Of a DNA stretch of 64,000 bases, positions 62,171 to 64,000 are shown piece after piece. A program made the translations under genes and the position numbers. The notes below the pieces were generated by a model, which worked only from the letters and a program-made list of their open reading frames with translations, was not told the DNA's origin and searched no databases. Every line of letters starts with the position of its first letter. Within the stretch, counting starts at the first letter, position 1. This DNA is from Paragordius varius (taxonomy: Eukaryota; Animalia; Nematomorpha). Location of the stretch: the NCBI GenBank assembly GCA_964247055.1, contig OZ176058.1, forward strand, positions 3,596,001-3,660,000. The letters run 5' to 3'.

Positions 62171-63960
62171 ATATGCTCATAAAGTTTGATTCTAAATAAG
62201 TATAATGGGCAAAAACTAGTTAAAATTTTTTTATATAATTTATATTTGAAATTTAATAAATTATTTATAAATCCCCATATACATTTCGATTGCGGCATCT
62301 AAAGATTTTTCGTCTCAAAATGCGGCTCTCGACGCCATTTGATTGGACTTCATTAAATTAAATGTTTAAAATTAATTTAATTATAAATATGCATTAGTGA
62401 GGACAAACTTACAATAAAAAGGATGCCCTCTTTTTCTAAGAAATGTAGTTAAAATTTCAGCACTCAAAGTCACCGGGGCCACATATGACCCAAGGGTTGC
62501 GTGTTTCCATGCTCTAGAAGTTTAAAACTGATTAGATTCTAAGGTTTTTATTAAATACAGGCTAGAGGGTTTAAAAAAATTTATATTTGACATAAATTTG
62601 AGAACGAATATATTTAATCAAAATTCGGTAATGACAGAAATGATCAGCATCATTGAATTAAATGGAAAAAAGATTTTTATAAATTTTAAACATTCTTAAA
62701 CCGTTTCCAGCATGACTTATAGTATCAAGTACGCCTCAACAAATATGCTAAAAATTAAATTTTGAAAAATTGCATTTGATATCAAAATTCAGCATATATT
62801 TAAATTCTTTATCGCGTCCTGTTTTTTTTATTTTTTTAAAGTGGACGAGCTATTTTAGTAGAGCAAAAAAATTGGGTTCGGATCTTATAAGATTTTTTTG
62901 AAAACATTGTTTTGCTTTTTATATATAGTTTATTATATAATCTCGTGAAATTTTTTTGGAATGAAGCCTCTAGCTTTCACCAAAAAATTATATTAAAAAA
63001 AATGCACAATTCCACCATTTTCGGATATGAAACACTTACGACAAAAATTTAAATAACTTTCTCAAATCACTCGTAACGGTCATCACCAAAAGCGCATGAT
63101 AATCCTGATATATATAAATTTCAGGAGTTATTTTTTTGCAAGTTATTTTTACTGCATAAAATATAAATGGAAACATTTTTGCATTGAGTTTTGCCAGTAA
63201 ATAATAATTTAAAATTTTTTTTTCATAAATTCCATTTATCTGTATATTAAACATGTTAAAAAGTATTTTTTTTGACGTGGTTCAAATAAAAAGCTTATTA
63301 TATGATTTCAATCTTTTTATAAATTCTAAATATACGATAAAATGATACTAAATCGTAATATCTCAAGTTTTATAATTACATTTTTATTTGATCTTAGTTA
63401 GTTTTACTTTTTGCCCATTTTTTTAACTTAATATTTCAAAAACTAGGTCATGTTAGCAATTAAAAATTTTTGCTGTAAATGAATTTTTTGGTTATAAGAT
63501 ATTTTATGGAAAAAAATTTTGGTTAAAAAAATTACCCTCTTTTTGCACACAGTGTTATATGGTAAATTTAAGAGCTTTAGTATGATGAATTTTGCCCAAT
63601 ATATGTTTTTTAGTTTGTTTGATTCTTGATTACAAATTGAATTATTACCTGATTTTTAATTGTAAAAAAGATTTAAAATTAGTCTTCAAAAAAAGTACGA
63701 AAAAACTTTATGATATACTATGATATTATATCTTTACCATTACTGAAAATATTTGTTAGGGGTAAGAGTTTGCGACAAGGACGACAAAATTTTATAAACA
63801 TAATAAATTATTTTTTTACAAGGTCCCATTAAATTAATTTACACTTACATTAACATAAGTTAAAAGACACTTATTTGCAAATTAATGGATTTGAAATGGG
63901 AAGTTAATTAGTGGCATAATGGTTTTAAAATTATTTTAACCGGGTGTTTACCTTGAACAC

Positions 63961-64000
63961 CAAAATATAAATATCGTAAGGTTTCCAACTATTTATTTTC
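63961..64000 (+). other. 5' region of a probable second profilin-like gene continuing beyond the window
   Basis: Identical to 42840-42879, including the gtaagg donor just upstream of the profilin-like ATG. Confidence 0.6.

Larger units (their letters stand above)
44528..64000. repeat. Older tandem duplication unit, copy 2, expanded by insertions and running off the window
   Basis: Colinear with 34400-42880 but carries extra elements at 45147-45584, 46387-48490, 49090-56252 and 56989-57979. Confidence 0.9.

Noticed and set aside
743-63254. Remaining short AT-rich ORFs in the six-frame track
   Set aside because: They are antisense or off-frame to transposon remnants or are low-complexity (I/K/F/N/Y-rich), with no motifs or splice support.

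Overview
Very AT-rich eukaryotic (probably invertebrate) DNA; the taxon cannot be fixed from the sequence. No rRNA, tRNA or CRISPR array was seen. The window is built from two tandem segmental duplications. The first is a 17.5-kb-period duplication whose copies 1-11192 and 17507-28682 are almost identical and then switch abruptly to an older, diverged paralogy. The second is an older ~10-kb unit (about 34400-44520) repeated from about 44528 to the window end and inflated by insertions. Host genes are few: a spliced, divergent profilin-like gene with 30-36-nt introns (42912-44162; a paralog probably starts just past the window end), a duplicated multi-exon gene or pseudogene with phase-1 exons resembling extracellular beta-sandwich modules, and decayed SLC22/MFS-like transporter remnants. 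The rest is a dense transposon record. It includes hAT-Blackjack-type elements (one with an internal inverted transposase copy, one with three ends, a head-to-tail dimer sharing three identical TSDs, and a 7.2-kb nested element), two Buster/Charlie-type hATs with perfect nnnTAnnn TSDs, two decayed Ty3/Gypsy (Mag-like) retrotransposons, two Helitron-type elements, a foldback element with 21-bp arrays, and TA-flanked MITEs. The most unusual item is a 0.44-kb inverted-repeat insertion carrying two type I hammerhead ribozyme motifs on opposite strands (45198-45587), most like Penelope-type pseudo-LTRs. All alignments were made by eye; identities are approximate.
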